Shown one piece after another: positions 16,192-20,000 of a stretch of 20,000 nucleotides of DNA. Below the pieces are notes generated by a model. It was not told the origin of the DNA and did not search any database. It saw only the letters and a list, made by a program, of their open reading frames with translations. This stretch comes from an uncultured virus (IMG/VR IMGVR_UViG_3300043446_002182) (lineage: Duplodnaviria > Heunggongvirae > Uroviricota > Caudoviricetes), in IMG/VR virus record IMGVR_UViG_3300043446_002182. One strand, 5' to 3'. Position numbers and translations under genes: made by a program. Position 1 is the first letter of the stretch, and every line of letters starts with the position of its first letter.

Positions 16192-16890
16192 TTATGGTTT
16201 GACTGCCCACGTTGTATCCCATTCCAATTCCTCGGCTGGAATGTCTTTCTCATCGGTCACGATTTGTCCAATGCGACCAAGCACGATTGCTTCGATTTGA
16301 TAGTTTGGCTCCAAAATAGCTTTGAAACCGGAAAACTTGTTGTCCAACCCTTCATACAGTTGAACATCTGCAAAAGTCTCAAGGTGAAGCTTCTTGATTT
16401 TCTTTTGTGATAGATAATCACCCATCGTTCGGAGAATTGTCAAATCACTGCCTTGACAGTCCGACACGTAGTAATCAATAGTGTCAACCCCTTTTGCTTT
16501 GAGGAATTCGCCGAGGTTAATGGTTTCAACTTCGACTTGTTTGATGGATTTGTCGTTGGGATGATAACGACCAGTATCTCCACCATAAGGAGTTCCAGCA
16601 GGACACCAGATAGCAGCACTTTCACCCAAAGACGTGGCTACACGATTTGGTGTGATGTAAAGAGTGGCCTTTCCATTTTTGTCAGAGCAGGCCAGATTGA
16701 AAATGTGAGCACCACTAATTCCATCCATTATTCCCTTACACATGGCGAACATTTCAGGGTCAGGCTCGAAGGCATAAATGGTTTCGTATTGTCGTGCTAA
16801 TGCCCGCAGCGAATTGCCATTGTTAGTTCCACAATAGACGAGGGTCTTTCCTTTGGAAGTAATGTCACCATTGAGTTGATACGTTATCAT
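16192..16890 (-). CDS. FkbM-family methyltransferase
   Basis: VYCGTNNG, YAFEPDP, NLACSDKNG, VETINL, IDYYVSDCQGSD. Confidence 0.85.
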   Translation of the reverse strand: MITYQLNGDITSKGKTLVYCGTNNGNSLRALARQYETIYAFEPDPEMFAMCKGIMDGISGAHIFNLACSDKNGKATLYITPNRVATSLGESAAIWCPAGTPYGGDTGRYHPNDKSIKQVEVETINLGEFLKAKGVDTIDYYVSDCQGSDLTILRTMGDYLSQKKIKKLHLETFADVQLYEGLDNKFSGFKAILEPNYQIEAIVLGRIGQIVTDEKDIPAEELEWDTTWAVKP

Positions 16891-17705
16891 TGGTAGTGCT
16901 TGATTATCTCGACCAAGCCTTCATTGATTTCCGTGGTAGGTTTCCACAGATTCAAGATGTATTGGTCTGGTTCGTTACGTTGTCCCTTTTGAACAGTGTC
17001 TTTGTCCACTCCGGGCACAATTGGAACGTTACCACATAGTTTAGAGATATTCTGTGCAATGTCAATAATTTTTAACCACTTAAATGTGGTAATGTGAAGC
17101 TCTTGGTCACGAGGAACGTTTTTATACTGTTCGGCGAGCGTCAGAAGACATTCTGAGCAGTCACGGGCATATAAAAACTGGCGTTCTTCTTCCCCATCGG
17201 TTCGCATCCGAATTTCCTTCTTGTCCAGAGCCATCTTCACGAAGTCCGTAATGACGTGCGTCTTGGCGGGGTCATGTTCTACCCCATACACGTTCCAAAA
17301 CTTCACCACAAGCCCGCCAAGCGTCTTGGCGTAGTATTCCCCGAGGGCTTTAAGAACCCCATAGCTGGAAAACGACATATTTGACATCTGGCTCGACGCA
17401 AAGATGAAGGGCTTATTATATCTCCGCAAGGCATCGAATGTCACTTGCATGAGGCGGGTGTTGTTGTCAATGAACTGGAAGGTGTGTTGGTAAGCCTTCA
17501 AATACGTTGAACCACCGACATCAAATGCCAAGAAGAACACAAAGTCGGCTTCTTGCATGTAATTGTCAATGCGACCAGCCACTCGCAAGTCTTCCACTGC
17601 TGTTCGGGCAATGTCAAAGTGACGGACTTGATGGCCTTCCGATTTCAAATAGGTTGCGAGTGCCGCACCGATTTGACCTGACGAACCTAAGACGAGACAT
17701 TTCAT
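16887..17705 (-). CDS. Extended SDR NAD-dependent nucleotide-sugar epimerase/dehydratase
   Basis: VLGSSGQIG, LAFDVGG, ASSQM, YGVLK, FWNVYG, DGEEERQFLY. Confidence 0.85.
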   Translation of the reverse strand: MKCLVLGSSGQIGAALATYLKSEGHQVRHFDIARTAVEDLRVAGRIDNYMQEADFVFFLAFDVGGSTYLKAYQHTFQFIDNNTRLMQVTFDALRRYNKPFIFASSQMSNMSFSSYGVLKALGEYYAKTLGGLVVKFWNVYGVEHDPAKTHVITDFVKMALDKKEIRMRTDGEEERQFLYARDCSECLLTLAEQYKNVPRDQELHITTFKWLKIIDIAQNISKLCGNVPIVPGVDKDTVQKGQRNEPDQYILNLWKPTTEINEGLVEIIKHYQ

Positions 17706-18574
17706 AGTGATTCAAATTTCTGTTTGTAATTGTTGAAGACCCAATCGAACCGAGTGTTGTAGGCTCGTGCCTTCTCAACATTCTCTTGCACCGCAGCAAT
17801 CTTGCTGTGATACAGTTCGGGAGTCAGGGTAGGCAACAAAGCATCCAACTCTTCAATTGTGTTGAATGAAATGATGCCATCGGGATTGAAATACTTTCCG
17901 ATGTTATCTGTGCCCCACCAAATCGGAATTGTTCCTGCGGCCAATACGTCGGTAAGGATTTCCGTAAAGTAATCATCAGACTTCGAGTTCATGATGGCGA
18001 ATGAAAAATAGTAGGGAGCTACCGCCAGAATTTTACCAAGTCGTCCACCATTGTAGTTGTCAATGATGTTGTTGTAGCCACTACCATACGTCTCAATTTT
18101 GCCGGGATAACGATTGACGACGACGTGACGAAGCTTGTGTCCTTCCGTCCATTGTTTGTGGGAAGCAACGATTGAAATCAATCGTTCTTTTTCATACATA
18201 CCAAACTCTTCGAGTTTGATGCGATTGCCGCCCGCAGGCATCCACAGATAACGGTCGCCCACCAAGTCTTTGAGCCACGTTTGAGGACTCATGACATAGG
18301 TGAAATGTTGGTGGTTCTCTCGAATCCACTTGTAGGGATGAAACAAAGAGGGATTGTTGCCGCAACAGAAGTCGTAGATAGCAGGGGCTTCGACGATGGC
18401 TGCAATTTTGATTTTGTTGGGATGCTGAACGTGGTTGGGGAGGAATGTGTCCTCGAAAATGTGAACGTCACCATCAGGAGTTCCCTTTACCCAATCCCAA
18501 ACTTCTTGGGCAGGAGGAATCATGTCAACGTAGTTGGAACGCTCTTCGGCTGTGTGATATGTAACTTTTTTCAT
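17702..18574 (-). CDS. GT10 (alpha-1,3-fucosyltransferase-like) glycosyltransferase with divergent donor motif
   Basis: ISIVASHK..TEGHKLRH, YGSGYN, and YYFSFAIMN..DDYFTEILTD...GTIPIWWG, compared with the family consensus EN.....Y.TEK..D....GT.PIY.G. Confidence 0.75.
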   Translation of the reverse strand: MKKVTYHTAEERSNYVDMIPPAQEVWDWVKGTPDGDVHIFEDTFLPNHVQHPNKIKIAAIVEAPAIYDFCCGNNPSLFHPYKWIRENHQHFTYVMSPQTWLKDLVGDRYLWMPAGGNRIKLEEFGMYEKERLISIVASHKQWTEGHKLRHVVVNRYPGKIETYGSGYNNIIDNYNGGRLGKILAVAPYYFSFAIMNSKSDDYFTEILTDVLAAGTIPIWWGTDNIGKYFNPDGIISFNTIEELDALLPTLTPELYHSKIAAVQENVEKARAYNTRFDWVFNNYKQKFESL

Positions 18575-19479
18575 ATGTTTGATGCAAGTATTGTTCCGAT
18601 ATTTGAAAACTCCGTGTATGGTATTCTTAATAACTGAACTTGATTGTTTTTAGCCCATTTAGTCTTTAAGGAGTCTCTACGTTGATTGTTTTTTAACTCC
18701 CGATTGGTCATTTTGTGTCTTCCATGATGTATGCATTTGAAATGTTGTTCGCCATCATATTCAATCAATATATTTTTTAATGGAATAAAAAAATCAAATG
18801 GTAATTTCTTATTTGTTTTTGGATTCCGCAAATCATCGAAAGTTTTCTGTCGTATGTAATTGACGTGGTTATCTTTTAACCACTTTTCAATTTTCAATTC
18901 TCCCCGTGAAGAGTTACATATCGGACATCCATGCCCCTTTAGATGATTGTGTGGAGTTTGTAAAAAATCCCCATGAATTTTACATGTGATAGTAATGTCA
19001 GAATGTGCCGATGAATAATCTACTTTAGAGTAGTCATACAAATCTCCATGTTGTTGAATTGCATTTTCAATAAAATCTTTTGAAGATTTTTTGAAATTTC
19101 CATAACATACCGGACACCCCTGCTCTCCATATAAATGGTTTACGGGTGATTGGAAAAAATATCCATGAATTTTACAACCTATAGTTATTTTTTCATATCT
19201 ATTTTTATATTCCGATTTAGAGTAATCATACTTGTTCCCATGAATTTCTTTGGCACGTTTAATAAATTCTTGCGTAGTCAATTTCAAATTATTACTACAT
19301 GATTTACACCCAAATCCTTGCAAATGTGCTCCTGCGGATTGTCTAAAATCTCCATGTTTATTGCACGTTATTACAATCTTTTCTTTTACTCCAGAATAAA
19401 TAGATTTGGAATAATCATATTTATTTCCATGCGTTTTAGAGGCTCGGGCTATAAAATCTTTAGTTGTTAATTTTCGCAT
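18571..19479 (-). CDS. Free-standing Hef-like homing endonuclease: three CapR/DUF723-like Zn-binding repeats plus a Vsr/DUF559-like PD-(D/E)xK nuclease
   Basis: Three HG..YDYSK..Y......I.C..HG.F.Q....HL...GC..C units; C-terminal SRGE..I...L, PFDFFIP...LIEYDGEQH, RD..K..WA......LLRIPY. AT-rich. Start is probably ATG 19479 (alternative 19494). Confidence 0.85.
   Translation of the reverse strand: MRKLTTKDFIARASKTHGNKYDYSKSIYSGVKEKIVITCNKHGDFRQSAGAHLQGFGCKSCSNNLKLTTQEFIKRAKEIHGNKYDYSKSEYKNRYEKITIGCKIHGYFFQSPVNHLYGEQGCPVCYGNFKKSSKDFIENAIQQHGDLYDYSKVDYSSAHSDITITCKIHGDFLQTPHNHLKGHGCPICNSSRGELKIEKWLKDNHVNYIRQKTFDDLRNPKTNKKLPFDFFIPLKNILIEYDGEQHFKCIHHGRHKMTNRELKNNQRRDSLKTKWAKNNQVQLLRIPYTEFSNIGTILASNI
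18916..19470 (-). repeat. Three degenerate ~63-64-codon intragenic tandem repeats
   Basis: Repeated protein units TTKDFI..HGNKYDYSK, TTQEFI..HGNKYDYSK and SSKDFI..HGDLYDYSK. Confidence 0.85.
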
Positions 19480-20000
19480 TTCACTATATTCCATTCTGGA
19501 AGAATCAAATCATTATAATTAAATCCTTCATCCAACAATGCTTTTCCGTACCATATGGATGGAACATAAACATTAGATGCCTTAGATAAATATGAACTCC
19601 ACCATCCAAAACTACTATTGGAAATAATTATATTTTTGCACATAGATATTATGTATAACTCGATATAATCAGTGTCTGTGATGTATTGAACGGGGCAATC
19701 AAAACGAAGGTTTTCTTTGCACCAATTGATGTCATCACTAAAAACCCATATCTCCTTTGCTGCTGCCAATTTTACTGCTTTAGCATAATAATCGGGGTGT
19801 AATAAGGGATGGTGGTCGGGAAATTTTACATAATCGCCTCTTCTTACCTGTATAGCAGTAACATTTTCAAACTGCATTCCTCGGGAAGAATACTTCTTAT
19901 AGATTTCATTTTTGATTTTCTCAGGACAACTAAATAAGTCTCGGATGTAATCTCGGTTGTGGTCGAAATACTTGTAGGATTGATAGTGGCCGCTCAACTT
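19467..20000 (-). CDS. GT11 alpha-1,2-fucosyltransferase-like glycosyltransferase (5' part outside the window)
   Basis: Frame open to the window edge: KLSGHYQSYKYF, QVRRGDY, FSDDINWC, IISNSSFGWW. Confidence 0.9.
   Translation of the reverse strand, partial: KLSGHYQSYKYFDHNRDYIRDLFSCPEKIKNEIYKKYSSRGMQFENVTAIQVRRGDYVKFPDHHPLLHPDYYAKAVKLAAAKEIWVFSDDINWCKENLRFDCPVQYITDTDYIELYIISMCKNIIISNSSFGWWSSYLSKASNVYVPSIWYGKALLDEGFNYNDLILPEWNIVKCEN

Noticed and set aside
8216..20000. Bacterial chromosomal O-antigen/LPS locus
   Set aside because: No wzx/wzy/ABC or initiating transferase in the window; the cluster is interrupted by phage-type homing endonucleases and sits beside gp62-like and dNMP kinase genes.
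1..20000. Eukaryotic giant virus (NCLDV) origin
   Set aside because: Sigma70-type promoters, a rho-independent terminator and overlapping operonic genes indicate a bacterial host.
1..20000. Stop-codon reassignment as in some jumbo phages
   Set aside because: Recognisable genes are intact in code 11, and TAA, TGA and TAG all terminate genes at sensible positions.
1..20000. tRNA, rRNA, CRISPR array, intron or intein
   Set aside because: Intergenic gaps are all short (about 120 bp or less) with no cloverleaf or repeat-spacer pattern. The endonuclease ORFs lie between complete genes, and no intein termini were seen.

Overview
This window looks like part of a large tailed-phage genome with T4-like core genes. 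It uses the standard genetic code and is densely packed. The left part (1-7528, mostly + strand) holds a membrane-anchored coiled-coil protein, a degenerate receiver-like protein, a probable late/virion protein followed by a C(UUCG)G terminator, a MoxR-type AAA+ ATPase / HExxH-VWA pair, a winged-HTH protein, small hypotheticals, a gp62-like clamp-loader subunit and a dNMP kinase. Three sigma70-type promoters with extended -10 elements lie in this part. The right part (7506-20000, - strand) is mostly a ~12-kb translationally coupled sugar-nucleotide/glycosylation operon (8216-20000). In transcription order it contains GT11, a Hef-like endonuclease, a divergent GT10, an SDR epimerase, FkbM methyltransferase, GDP-mannose 3,5-epimerase, RfbH/DdhC 3-dehydrase, a SAM methyltransferase, a hypothetical, an RmlB-like 4,6-dehydratase, a split transketolase-like pair, an SDR reductase, an HNH endonuclease and GT2. 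The main hypothesis is a phage-encoded pathway for a C4-branched 3,6-dideoxy (yersiniose/erwiniose-like) sugar plus a GDP-L-galactose module. Other signals are a CTATTTAT-N4-ATG candidate late promoter, leaderless or SD-free translation, and AT-rich tracts extending from both endonucleases into neighbouring glycosyltransferases. All calls come from motif reading by eye; no database searches were run.
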